Shown: in pieces, positions 27,527 to 37,499 of the stretch | Numbering within the stretch: position 1 is the first letter of the stretch | Layout of the letters: each line of letters begins with the position of its first letter | Assembly: GCA_964571965.1 (NCBI GenBank) | Contig: CAZNFQ010000003.1 | Span: forward strand, 1 to 63,422 | Reading direction: 5' to 3' | Length of the DNA stretch: 63,422 bases | Source: an uncultured bacterium | Lineage (GTDB): Bacteria; Fermentibacterota; Fermentibacteria; Fermentibacterales; JCC-6 | Program-made: the position numbers and the translations under genes | Notes under the pieces: model-generated | The model's database searches: none | The model's input: only the letters and a program-made list of their open reading frames with translations | What the model was told of the DNA's origin: nothing

Positions 27527-29227
27527 ATGCGCAGGCTGTTCGTTACAGCTGTTGTCCTGGCGGCATTCACCGCGTCAGCCCAGTGGACTGCCGATTCCAC
27601 TGAAAACCTTCAGATCTGCGATCTGGCAGGCGAACAAGTCCTTCCCAAAATAGTCCCCACTTCCGATTGCGGCTGTTTCATCTCCTGGTTCGATCAGAGA
27701 TCCGGCGACTATTGCGTTTACCTCCAGCGGCTTGATTATCAGGGTATCCCCCAGTTCCCCGACAACGGTATCCTTGTAAGTGACCATCCTCAGATGACCT
27801 GGCTTGTGGACTACTCCATGGCGGTGGATAACGAAGATAATGCGGTAATAGCGTTTTCCGATATCCGTTCCGCAGAGGAGGATCTTGACGTCTCAGTTTA
27901 CAAGATCAGCAGTACAGGGAATTTCCTCTGGGGTCCCGACGGCATAAGCCTGTCCGACACCTCTGAAGCCGGATTCGAACCCAATCCGGTCATAGCAGTA
28001 ACAGGCGAAAACAACTGTATCTTCGCCTGGGGGAAACAGACATCTGAATATTTCCTGGTAATGCAGAAACTTTCTCCGGACGGCACCAGATTGTGGGGCG
28101 ACTGGGGAATAAACATCACCGACCCGGAAGCCGATTTGTCCATCCCCGTTCTTGTTCCATCGGGAGAGGACAGCGTTATAGCAATGTGGAGAAGATCCAC
28201 CGGCTCCTACCCCATGACGGTTACCCATCTCTATACGGACATGTTCGACGTAAACGGCAACGGGATATGGGGAGACAGCCCGGTGCTTATATATGACAGC
28301 GGAGCCATTACCCCATGGAATAACCCCGGAATGATCTCTGACGGTCTGGGTGGAGCGGTCTGCTCCTGGTACGATGCTCCATCCCTTTCCGAATTCAATG
28401 TCTGGGTGCAGCATCTGGACATTCAGGGAAACATGCTCTACCCCATGAACGGGGCCCAGGCCTCCACCAATTCATCCGACAGACTGCACATGAGCCCCTC
28501 GGCGGGGATCAATCCCGCAACTGGAGAAACATGGGTATTCTGGGTGGAAACCAATGGCAATCAGGATCAGTGGGGTCTTTACGGACAGATGTTCGACTCA
28601 TCCGGTGACAGACAGTGGACCGACAGCGGGCTTGAGCTTATCCCTCTGGGAAACGAACAGATAGGGTTCGTGCAGACCTCTGTGGACGAATATGGCATTT
28701 TCGTCAGTTACTTCATCAATTCTTCTGCCACCTCGTTCAGGGTGTTCAGGCTCAACTTCGACGGCACCGTTATATGGGGACCCGTTGAGATCTCCGCGGG
28801 AAGCCTGGGCGGCAAGGACGATCCTGTGAGCTGTACCGGTTACGGGGGCAGTCGGATCTTCTCGTGGACCGACAACAGGATCGACGCTGGTATTTACGCC
28901 CAGAATCTGAAACAGGACGGTTCTATGGGCCCGTTCATGGGAATCGACGGGGAATCCTCTGCAAACGGGTTCTCTCTTTCGGTCTCCCCAAACCCTTCTT
29001 CAGGAAATGCTTCAATATCAATAACTTCTGATGCAACCTCCCCCTATGCGGTCCTTGCGCTTTACGATATCTCAGGAAGGCTTGTGGATACACTTTACTC
29101 AGGTGAGTTGATCAGCGGAGAGAACACATTTTCATGGCAGTCTGAAGGTTCTGCTTCAGGCATTTACCTTGTGCGCCTGCAAACAGAAGGAGGGGAAACC
29201 CAATGCCGACTGGTAATGCTCCACTGA
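27527..29227 (+). CDS. Secreted repeat (propeller-like) protein with T9SS-type C-terminal sorting domain
   Basis: Signal peptide; repeated W.D.R...Y.Q.L...G...W...G units; C-terminal SPNPS...LYDISGRLV...SGIYLVRL. Confidence 0.85.
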   Translation: MRRLFVTAVVLAAFTASAQWTADSTENLQICDLAGEQVLPKIVPTSDCGCFISWFDQRSGDYCVYLQRLDYQGIPQFPDNGILVSDHPQMTWLVDYSMAVDNEDNAVIAFSDIRSAEEDLDVSVYKISSTGNFLWGPDGISLSDTSEAGFEPNPVIAVTGENNCIFAWGKQTSEYFLVMQKLSPDGTRLWGDWGINITDPEADLSIPVLVPSGEDSVIAMWRRSTGSYPMTVTHLYTDMFDVNGNGIWGDSPVLIYDSGAITPWNNPGMISDGLGGAVCSWYDAPSLSEFNVWVQHLDIQGNMLYPMNGAQASTNSSDRLHMSPSAGINPATGETWVFWVETNGNQDQWGLYGQMFDSSGDRQWTDSGLELIPLGNEQIGFVQTSVDEYGIFVSYFINSSATSFRVFRLNFDGTVIWGPVEISAGSLGGKDDPVSCTGYGGSRIFSWTDNRIDAGIYAQNLKQDGSMGPFMGIDGESSANGFSLSVSPNPSSGNASISITSDATSPYAVLALYDISGRLVDTLYSGELISGENTFSWQSEGSASGIYLVRLQTEGGETQCRLVMLH

Positions 29228-30207
29228 CACGCTCTGGAATCCTGACCCTTTGTCTGTACCTGGTCACCGGATGCGGAACCGACGATACCACAGGTCCTTC
29301 CGGAGAGAACACCGAATACCGGCAGGAAATGCGCAGCTTTGTCATGGATCTGTCTTCATGGGCTAAGGCCGAACAGGCAGGGTTCATAATAATTCCCCAG
29401 AACGGTCAGGAACTGGTTACCGACAACGGAGACCCGGAAGGAACGACCCAGACAGCCTATCTGGCTTCCATGGATGCCACCGGCAGAGAGGACATGTTCT
29501 ATGGATACACTTCCGACAATGTTCCCACACCAGCTTCTGAATCAGAATACTTGAGAGATCTTTGTCTGATATGCGAAAGTAACGGTGTCCAGGTGCTTGC
29601 AACTGATTACTGCTGGACACGGGAATACGTGGATGACTCCTACCAGACAAACGGGCAATACGGTTTCATCTCCTTCGCGGCTGATCAGAGAGATCTGAAT
29701 ACAATACCCGATTACCCTTCTGATCCATGGAACGTTAACACCGATCCCGTTACGGATATAGACCAGGCTGCCAACTTCCTGTACCTGATCAACGGCGACA
29801 ACTACGCAACGAAGCAGGAATTCATCGACGCCGTTTCAGAAACCTCCTACGATGTGGTCATAATGGACCTGTTTTTTAATGAAGAGCAATTCACCCAGGC
29901 TGATGTTCAGCAGCTCCGGGAGAAAAGCGGAGGAGGTGAAAGGCTTCTGATCTGCTACATGAGCATAGGTGAAGCCGAGGACTACAGGTATTACTGGGAT
30001 CCTGCCTGGAACACTCAGAAACCATCCTGGCTGGGAGAGGAAAATCCCAGCTGGCCTGGAAACTACAAAGTTGAATACTGGAATCCGGAATGGCAGGCCA
30101 TAATCTTCGGCAACGATGACTCTTACCTGCAGAAAATAATCGACGCAGGATTCGATGGTGTCTATCTGGACATCATCGATGCCTTCGAGTATTTCGAGAA
30201 TATTTGA
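29203..30207 (+). CDS. Lipoprotein, endo-alpha-1,4-polygalactosaminidase-like glycoside hydrolase (GH114/GH166-like)
   Basis: Lipobox VTGC; IIIPQNG, CYMSIGEAEDYRYYW, ENPSWPGNYKVEYW, GFDGVYLDIIDAF. Confidence 0.85.
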   Translation: MPTGNAPLTRSGILTLCLYLVTGCGTDDTTGPSGENTEYRQEMRSFVMDLSSWAKAEQAGFIIIPQNGQELVTDNGDPEGTTQTAYLASMDATGREDMFYGYTSDNVPTPASESEYLRDLCLICESNGVQVLATDYCWTREYVDDSYQTNGQYGFISFAADQRDLNTIPDYPSDPWNVNTDPVTDIDQAANFLYLINGDNYATKQEFIDAVSETSYDVVIMDLFFNEEQFTQADVQQLREKSGGGERLLICYMSIGEAEDYRYYWDPAWNTQKPSWLGEENPSWPGNYKVEYWNPEWQAIIFGNDDSYLQKIIDAGFDGVYLDIIDAFEYFENI

Positions 30208-30251
30208 TACAATAAGGTTGACACAGCCGGTTCGTTCTGTAAGTTGATGGA

Positions 30252-31379
30252 ATGATTAAAGATCTTGTAGAACTCAGGCACACATTGCACCGTGAGCCGG
30301 AACTCTCCGGCAAAGAACACCGTACCGCGGAAATTCTCAAAGGCTATCTTCGGCTGAAGAAACCTGACAGACTGCTGTGCGGTGTGGGCGGGAATGGAAT
30401 ACTGGCAGTTTTCGAGGGTTCTGAACCCGGAAAAGAAATTCTTCTCAGATGCGACATGGATGCCGTTCCAGTGCATGAAGAGCTGGATACATCCTACATC
30501 TCAGCAAAGCCGGGTGTTGCCCATAAATGCGGCCATGACGGCCACATGGCAATAATGGCAGGTGTTGCCTCACGGCTCAGCGAAGCGCCCCCTGAAAATG
30601 GCCGTATTCTGCTTCTATTCCAGCCCGGGGAAGAAACAGGAAACGGTGCACGAATGGTGCTGGAAAGCGAAGAGTTCAAAGGATTTCATCCGGACATTGC
30701 AGTTGCCCTTCATAACCTTCCCGGGTTTCCCCTGGGAAGTGTTATTACAGGAACCGGCCCCTTTGCAGAAGCTTCCAGAGGATTCATTGCCAGGCTCGCG
30801 GGGAAAAGCTCCCATGCAGGGGAACCCCTTCTGGGAATCAGCCCTGCCCCTGCCGTTGCCTCTCTTATAGCCGGTTTCGAAGAGATGTGCATCCACCCGA
30901 AGGGAATACTTGTAACCCTTATTCACGCTGTTATCGGAGAGCAGGCCTTCGGCACTTCACCCGGGGAAGCAGTTGTCATGGCAACCCTGAGAGCTCCAAC
31001 GGGAGAATTGATGGAAGACCTTTCCACAAAAGTTCTGGAACTGGTCATGGATACATCTCGAAAGCACCGTCTGAAAGTCAAAACCGAATGGACCGAGGAA
31101 TTTCCCGCCACAGTCAACTCCCCTGAGGCGGATTCCCTGGTACGCAGTTCAGCGGAAAGCCTTGGTCTCCAGGTTATTTCCCTGAAGAAGCCTTTCCCCT
31201 GGTCCGAAGATTTCGGTCACTTCACATCGAATTTCAGCGGGGCTCTCTTCGGCCTTGGTGCGGGAAACGACTCTCCTCCCCTTCATAACCCGATGTATGA
31301 CTTTCCGGACCAGCTGGTGGAAACCGGTGTTGCCCTGTTCATTAAAATCATAGAGAGGACACTCAGTCTTGAAGAATGA
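30252..31379 (+). CDS. M20D family amidohydrolase
   Basis: LHREPELSGKE, RCDMDAVP, HKCGHDGH, QPGEETG, SEDFG, LHNP. Confidence 0.92.
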   Translation: MIKDLVELRHTLHREPELSGKEHRTAEILKGYLRLKKPDRLLCGVGGNGILAVFEGSEPGKEILLRCDMDAVPVHEELDTSYISAKPGVAHKCGHDGHMAIMAGVASRLSEAPPENGRILLLFQPGEETGNGARMVLESEEFKGFHPDIAVALHNLPGFPLGSVITGTGPFAEASRGFIARLAGKSSHAGEPLLGISPAPAVASLIAGFEEMCIHPKGILVTLIHAVIGEQAFGTSPGEAVVMATLRAPTGELMEDLSTKVLELVMDTSRKHRLKVKTEWTEEFPATVNSPEADSLVRSSAESLGLQVISLKKPFPWSEDFGHFTSNFSGALFGLGAGNDSPPLHNPMYDFPDQLVETGVALFIKIIERTLSLEE

Positions 31380-32562
31380 CATGCTCCACTCCTCCAGAAT
31401 AGAACTCAGCCTGGATAATCTCAGGGCAAACGCTGATTTCATCAGAAGCATTATAGGGAAAAACTGCATACTATCCTTCGTTGTCAAGGGCAATGCCTAC
31501 GGCCACGGAATAGAGCAGATGGTTCCCATGGCAGAGAAGGTGGGCATAACTCACTTCTCAGTTTTCTCGTCTGACGAAGCTGCAAGGGTACTCGCGGTGA
31601 AAAAAGACGTAAGCCGAATAATGATCATGGGATACATTGCCGATGAAATGCTTCCCTGGGCAATAGATAATGGCATTTCCTACTACATCACCTCCATGGA
31701 AAGGCTTAGAAAAACGGTGGATGCCCTTGAGCAGACAAATGGAACTGCCCTTGTTCATCTTGAACTTGAAACGGGATTCCATCGCACAGGCCTTTCAAAA
31801 ACCGACTTGCAGGAGGCGGCCGAGATCCTTCATGACACCGGGGGCAGAATAAGGATCGAGGGTACCGCAACCCATTACGCCGGAGCGGAATCAATTGCCA
31901 ACTACTACAGGATTCAAAAACAGATGGAAAAGTACAGTGAACTGTGCGGGTATATGACATCCCTGGGCATCCATCCCGGCATCAGGCACACGGCCTGTTC
32001 TGCCGCAACACTTACCTACCCGGAAACACATATGGATATGGTAAGAGTGGGTATTTCCCTGTACGGTTTCTGGCCAACGAGCGAAACGAAAATGAACTAT
32101 CTTCTCAACTATTCCGCAAAAGGCGAGGAACCCAGCAAAGCGCCTTCTCCTTTGAAAAGGGTCATGAGCTGGAAAACCAGCATAATGTCACTGCATACGG
32201 TTCCCCCCGGAAAGTTCGTAGGCTACGGGAACTCATGTCTCACAACGGTGAAAAGCCGCTTTGCCGCCGTTCCAATCGGCTATTCCCACGGTTTTTCAAG
32301 GGATCTGAGCAACTGCGGTTACGTTCTCATCAGGGGGAAGCGTGCCGCTGTCTCGGGAATCGTAAACATGAACATGCTCATGGCCGATGTTACCGAGATC
32401 CCTGAAGCCGAAAGGGGGGATGAAGTGGTGATAATCGGTACCCAGAAAGAAAGGGAGATCACCGTCAGTTCCTTTTCCGCCCTTTCTCAGTATCTTAACT
32501 ATGAAGTTCTCGTCCAGATACCTCCGGATATTCCAAGAGTTCAGATTCAGTCGGGAGAGTAA
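31369..32562 (+). CDS. alr: Alanine racemase (start TTG 31369 or ATG 31381)
   Basis: VVKGNAYGHG PLP-lysine motif, ETGFHRTG, VRVGISLYG, VGYG catalytic Tyr, IGYSHG. Confidence 0.9.
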   Translation: MKNDMLHSSRIELSLDNLRANADFIRSIIGKNCILSFVVKGNAYGHGIEQMVPMAEKVGITHFSVFSSDEAARVLAVKKDVSRIMIMGYIADEMLPWAIDNGISYYITSMERLRKTVDALEQTNGTALVHLELETGFHRTGLSKTDLQEAAEILHDTGGRIRIEGTATHYAGAESIANYYRIQKQMEKYSELCGYMTSLGIHPGIRHTACSAATLTYPETHMDMVRVGISLYGFWPTSETKMNYLLNYSAKGEEPSKAPSPLKRVMSWKTSIMSLHTVPPGKFVGYGNSCLTTVKSRFAAVPIGYSHGFSRDLSNCGYVLIRGKRAAVSGIVNMNMLMADVTEIPEAERGDEVVIIGTQKEREITVSSFSALSQYLNYEVLVQIPPDIPRVQIQSGE

Positions 32563-33188
32563 TGAAAGCAGATTTTGAGTCCACCATACTGCACTACAGG
32601 AAGAAAGCGGTGTATCTTGCGGCCAGGTATGAATCAGCAGAAGTCTCAAGACTTCAGCTGGACCTCCGTGATGCAATGGCCCGTCGACGGAATGTTCTTG
32701 AACTGGGCTGCGGATCAGGCCGTGATGCGGCATTTCTTAACAGACTTGGCAGAGCAGGAGAACTCACCGCCACAGATGCCAGCCCGGAGATGCTCAGGGA
32801 GGCAAAGAGGATACATCCGGAGATCGCCGGTATTCTCCAGGAACTGGTTCTTCCACAAGGCCTCCAGCCACTGGTAAGGGCAGCGCGAAAATTCTCCGGT
32901 ATCTATTCAATTGCAACCCTTATGCACCTTTCTCCCGAAAACATCGTGGAAACATTGAATCTTCTGCAGCGTATCACCGAACCCGGCGGAATTCTATTCC
33001 TCTCTGTCTGTACTGAGAGAGAGGTAATTCTGAATGAGGAAGAGGAGTGTATCTTCACCATAAAACCTCCGAAGTGGTGGAAGAAACAGCTTGAGAATAC
33101 CGCTTTCCGTGTAATCGATCTTAAAATCACGCCAGATGGCCTGGCAAGGAAAAACACCTCCTGGCTTAACATTACAGCGGTTCGTTAG
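32562..33188 (+). CDS. Class I SAM-dependent methyltransferase
   Basis: VLELGCGSGRDA, ATDAS, IYSIATLMHL; TAATG overlap with alr. Confidence 0.88.
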   Translation: MKADFESTILHYRKKAVYLAARYESAEVSRLQLDLRDAMARRRNVLELGCGSGRDAAFLNRLGRAGELTATDASPEMLREAKRIHPEIAGILQELVLPQGLQPLVRAARKFSGIYSIATLMHLSPENIVETLNLLQRITEPGGILFLSVCTEREVILNEEEECIFTIKPPKWWKKQLENTAFRVIDLKITPDGLARKNTSWLNITAVR

Positions 33189-33394
33189 CTCTATGATGCG
33201 GAAGTTCACAAGGATCAGATAGACTTTAAGGACGGTGCCAGGCACGTTCTGCATGGAGAGGGATGATGGTGTTCATCGCCCTTTCATTCATGGGGCTTCG
33301 CAACGGGAAAACAGATGCCCCGTTAATTCCGTCCGAGCATACCCATCATGCTCAAGTAAGCTTATACTATTCTGTCACACATGGTGGGAGTAAA

Positions 33395-35536
33395 ATGGCA
33401 AACCGGGAAGAACTGGAGAAACTGCTGGAAAACGCAGCAGGTCCTGATCGCATTCATCTCCTTCTTGATTACGGGTTTTCATTCCATATGGAAGATCCGG
33501 AAAAGATGCTCACACTTACCGAAGAAGCAATTCAGCTTTCCAGATTGCACGACTCAAGGGAAGGGTTGTGCAGATCCTATCAGCAGATTGCCGTTTATTG
33601 GGGTATACAGGGGAATTACGACGAAGCTCTGAAGAACGGGATCAACGCACTTTCAATCGCAGAAGAATTCGGTCTTCTGGAAAGACAGAGCGGTCTGTAC
33701 AACAACCTGGCGATAATCTACTGCAGAATGGAAGATTCGGAGAACAGCATCAACTGCGCTGAAAAAGCCATCGAAATGGCATCAGAAACGGGAAACAGTC
33801 AGGAAATGGCCAGGGGATACAACAATCTGGCCATGAATATGGAAGACGCAGACAAGTATCCCGAAGCATACGAAAACTACGCAAAAGCTCTTGAGATATT
33901 GCGGGACGTCAATATGCCGGATCAGATGGCAATTGCCCTGCTGAATACAGCGGGAATGGCCGTTAAAACAGGCAGGTACGGAGAAGCGGAAAATTATGCT
34001 GAAACCGCTCTCAAATTCAGCATCGAAACCGGATCTGACTACATCGAGTGCAGTGCAAGGAACACCATGGGCCGTATCAAGGCCCATCTGGGTAGCTATG
34101 AAGAGGCGGAAAAATTATTAATGGAAGCGCTGGATCTTGGTGTTGAGCTGAATAACGAAGATCTTCAGCTCCGCTTTCTCGGGGACCTGATGGAGTTTTA
34201 CGAAAAAACGGGAAACCACAGGAAAGCCCTTGATTTCACAAAACGGCATTTTGCCCTGAGACAGAAAATAGTGGAAGAGAAACAGAACACTGAGAGAGCT
34301 CGTCTCAGAGCGGAATTCGAAACCAAGGAGAGGGAGAAGGAAAAGGAGATTTACCGTTTGAAGAACGTTGAGCTTCAGTTGGCGAAAGAGTCAGCCGAGG
34401 CTTCAGACAGGGCAAAGAGTTTTTTCCTTGCCATGATGAGCCATGAAATACGCACTCCGATGAATGTGATCACGGGAATGCTGGAAATCCTTCTCGAAAA
34501 CAACCCGAAGCCCGATCAGATAAGTCTGATGAAGAAAGCATATTCATCTACCAGGGATCTGCTGGGGATAATAAACGACATTCTCGATTTCTCGAAAATC
34601 GAAGCCGGTAAATTCAAGATCGAAACTGTGAGCATGGACATACGAAGGGTCATGGGTGAAGCCATTGAAATGTTCACCGGTACGGCCAGACGAAAACCAG
34701 TATCACTGGAGATGAACCTGGACAAGTCAATTCCCCCCCTTGTGAAAGGTGACCCCCTGAGGCTGGGACAGATACTTCGCAATCTCATATCAAATTCCCT
34801 GAAATTCACCGAAAAAGGTTCCGTAATCGTTTCAGCCCATGTACTCAAAGCAGATCCGGAAAAAGTTGACATTGGATTCTCAGTTGAAGACACCGGTGTG
34901 GGGATTCCAGAGGAGAAGCTCCACAGTCTTTTCAAACCTTTTCACCAACTGGATTCATCTCTCACCAGAAAGTACGGCGGAACCGGTTTGGGACTGGCGA
35001 TCTGCAAACATCTGATCGAAGAGATGAATGGGAAAATCAGCGTTTCAAGCAGACCTGGAGAGGGTACTCTTTTCGAGTTTGTCATACCCTTCGATATTCC
35101 ATCACAAAAATGGAGCATATCTCAGAAAGCACCTTCAAAAAGCAATCATCGGCTCACAGGGATGAAGATCCTCATAGCGGAAGACCAGGAAAGCATCAGA
35201 GAAATTGCTTTGCACTTCCTTTCTTCAGCAGGCGCACTGTGCACCACCGCCGCCACAGGGGTTGAAGCCCTTGAAAAGGCTTCCCGTGAGGAATTCGACA
35301 TTATCCTGATGGACATTCAGATGCCGGAGATGGATGGAATAGCAGCAACGGTAAAGCTCAGGGAAACAGGCATATCCATTCCAATTGTAGCCACATCGGG
35401 ACATGCCATGCCTGAACACTTTGAAATGTACAGTGAAGCCGGAATAAATGGTTATCTGATAAAACCCTACACCCGGGAAGATCTTCTGAACGTGGTTTCC
35501 CGATGGGTTGACGAAAAAATCGAAGCACAAACCTAA
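33395..35536 (+). CDS. Cytoplasmic hybrid sensor histidine kinase/response regulator with N-terminal TPR array
   Basis: TPRs (YNNLA repeats); H-box MSHEIRTPMN; NLISNSLKFT; DTGVGI; GGTGLGLAI; receiver MDIQMPEMDG. Start moved to ATG 33395 behind GGGAG. Confidence 0.93.
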   Translation: MANREELEKLLENAAGPDRIHLLLDYGFSFHMEDPEKMLTLTEEAIQLSRLHDSREGLCRSYQQIAVYWGIQGNYDEALKNGINALSIAEEFGLLERQSGLYNNLAIIYCRMEDSENSINCAEKAIEMASETGNSQEMARGYNNLAMNMEDADKYPEAYENYAKALEILRDVNMPDQMAIALLNTAGMAVKTGRYGEAENYAETALKFSIETGSDYIECSARNTMGRIKAHLGSYEEAEKLLMEALDLGVELNNEDLQLRFLGDLMEFYEKTGNHRKALDFTKRHFALRQKIVEEKQNTERARLRAEFETKEREKEKEIYRLKNVELQLAKESAEASDRAKSFFLAMMSHEIRTPMNVITGMLEILLENNPKPDQISLMKKAYSSTRDLLGIINDILDFSKIEAGKFKIETVSMDIRRVMGEAIEMFTGTARRKPVSLEMNLDKSIPPLVKGDPLRLGQILRNLISNSLKFTEKGSVIVSAHVLKADPEKVDIGFSVEDTGVGIPEEKLHSLFKPFHQLDSSLTRKYGGTGLGLAICKHLIEEMNGKISVSSRPGEGTLFEFVIPFDIPSQKWSISQKAPSKSNHRLTGMKILIAEDQESIREIALHFLSSAGALCTTAATGVEALEKASREEFDIILMDIQMPEMDGIAATVKLRETGISIPIVATSGHAMPEHFEMYSEAGINGYLIKPYTREDLLNVVSRWVDEKIEAQT

Positions 35537-36963
35537 AGCATGGTGCCGTTCAGGTCATAGTGTGTCTCCTGAATTCCCGATCCAACGTAGCTGAACACCG
35601 TTCTGGCATACCCCGCCGAGTTATTCATAAGACGGTAACCGGTATCCAGATACTGGATCTCTTCCAGATTCCCTTCCAGATCGTAGTAATGGGATCTGGC
35701 GTGGCAGCCCTGAACGGTATTCACCACCGGGTTTCCGTGAAGGTCGAAGTAGGAGATCATCTCAACGCTTCCGGAGGGGGTGTAGGAAAATCTGGTAGAG
35801 GCAAAACCGCCCGGGAACTCCGCCAGCTGCCCCTGAGAGTCCCATGTGGATGATTCAATAACCCTGCCGTATTGGTCATAAGTCCTTCTGGTGGCCCAGA
35901 CACCTGCGATCTCCACCGGTTCTCCATGGCTGCCGTACCAGCGCGAACAGGTTATTCCACCGTGAATTTCCCTTTCGTAAAGGGTTGCCACCCTTCCCTG
36001 ATCATCCGGAACGGGTTCCCCGCAAACTCCGATATTGGTCTCGGAAACATAAAGACCGTTACCGTCGAATTCCCTTCTCACGAAGGCAATTCGGTACCCG
36101 TTTAGCACGGTTCCATTTTCGTCGAACCCCCAGTTGCCATCCTGAGAAAGCTGATATTCCATGGGCAGAAGAGCTCCCAGGCTGTCATGGTAAGCCGTTC
36201 CGGTGGTATTGCCACTGGAATCGTACGTGTACCTTGTTGCCAGAATACCCTCGGCGGTAACCACTTCATTTCCCGCCTCGTCAACGGCAATCCTTGAAAG
36301 GGGTCGTCCTGAACTGTCCAGAACGTACTGGAAACCCATGGCAGCAACGGACTGATACTTGAAGTAAACCAGGTTCCCTTGATCATCGAGTCTTGCTGCT
36401 GTTCCCCTGTATACAGGATGAACCTTGAATAACTTTTTTCCCATTCGGGAGTTTAGGGGGAACACCGTCACAACTGTATCACTGTTCCAGTGAAACTCAA
36501 CGAAGGCAGTGCCGTCGGCACCGGCAGAAACTTCACCTGCGGGATCTCTACGTGTAAGAAGAAGGGGTCTGCCGGAAGCATCTTTCTCTATGACATACCC
36601 GAATCCTTCCAGCTGCCAGTACTCCATGGAGTCTTCGTCAAGTATGAATATCTCACTGGACAGATCGAACACCTGAAAGGGTTCTCCCCGCTCAATACCC
36701 CTCACAACCATTGAATCCGGGGTTCCGGTAACCTGAAAACACCTCATATAAGAGGCAATGTCCTCTGATATTGATCCCCTTGGCAGTACATTCATTACAG
36801 GGGTCAGGTCGAGGTATCTATAGAACTCTCCCCTGAGGGAAAAGCAAAAAAGAAACAAAACGAATGGGAACAGTCTCCCGATGATAGTTGCCTTTCTTAT
36901 TTTAAACCGCTTCATTAAACTTATTCGCTTTCTGAGATCTGTCAAGAATCCAATGATCTTCAT
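35533..36963 (-). CDS. Membrane-anchored or secreted protein with YD/RHS-like repeats
   Basis: Hydrophobic N-terminal segment; repeats such as ATRYTYDSSGN, ATRRTYDQYGR, ARSHYYDLEGN. Confidence 0.75.
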   Translation of the reverse strand: MKIIGFLTDLRKRISLMKRFKIRKATIIGRLFPFVLFLFCFSLRGEFYRYLDLTPVMNVLPRGSISEDIASYMRCFQVTGTPDSMVVRGIERGEPFQVFDLSSEIFILDEDSMEYWQLEGFGYVIEKDASGRPLLLTRRDPAGEVSAGADGTAFVEFHWNSDTVVTVFPLNSRMGKKLFKVHPVYRGTAARLDDQGNLVYFKYQSVAAMGFQYVLDSSGRPLSRIAVDEAGNEVVTAEGILATRYTYDSSGNTTGTAYHDSLGALLPMEYQLSQDGNWGFDENGTVLNGYRIAFVRREFDGNGLYVSETNIGVCGEPVPDDQGRVATLYEREIHGGITCSRWYGSHGEPVEIAGVWATRRTYDQYGRVIESSTWDSQGQLAEFPGGFASTRFSYTPSGSVEMISYFDLHGNPVVNTVQGCHARSHYYDLEGNLEEIQYLDTGYRLMNNSAGYARTVFSYVGSGIQETHYDLNGTML

Positions 36964-37080
36964 GCACGAAACCAGTCAGTAATGTTTCCAACGGACGGGT
37001 CAAGGAAAGCGGCAGGAAGCACCACCTCGCCATTTGCATCTCACAGTTTCATATTCCAGTATCACTGAATGGAGGCTGAG

Positions 37081-37419
37081 ATGCGAAAGACCCTTGCTCT
37101 TGTTTTACTTGGATTCGTTTTTTCCTGCAGCAATCCCTTCGACACTTCCATAGATGTCCGATATGAAGTGACAGGAACAGCGGAATCCGTGGACATCACC
37201 TACGAAAATCTCAACGGAGGGATCTCACAGGTGACCGGGCTGCCGCTCCCGTGGTCGATTACCATAACAGGTAACCCCGGTGACTATGTGTATCTTTCAG
37301 CACACAACAAAGGAGAATCAGGAAGCATCACCGTAACCATATATGACGATGGGGATGTTTTCAAACGGGCCACAAGCCAGGGCAGCCATGTAACCGCATC
37401 GGTGAGCGGCACTCTGTAG
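37081..37419 (+). CDS. Small lipoprotein, MmpS-like Ig fold
   Basis: GGAGG RBS; lipobox VFSC; VRYEVTG...DITY...LPWSITI pattern. Confidence 0.7.
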   Translation: MRKTLALVLLGFVFSCSNPFDTSIDVRYEVTGTAESVDITYENLNGGISQVTGLPLPWSITITGNPGDYVYLSAHNKGESGSITVTIYDDGDVFKRATSQGSHVTASVSGTL

Positions 37420-37499
37420 ACATACACTCTGTTACCGGAGTATAATTCCCTTTCTAAGTTGTTATCTACTATCTATTTCCTACCCATTCAGGAGAGAAT

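Noticed and set aside
35533-36963. RHS polymorphic toxin
   Set aside because: No PxxxxDPxG core terminus, no C-terminal toxin domain, no immunity gene, and too short for an RHS shell.
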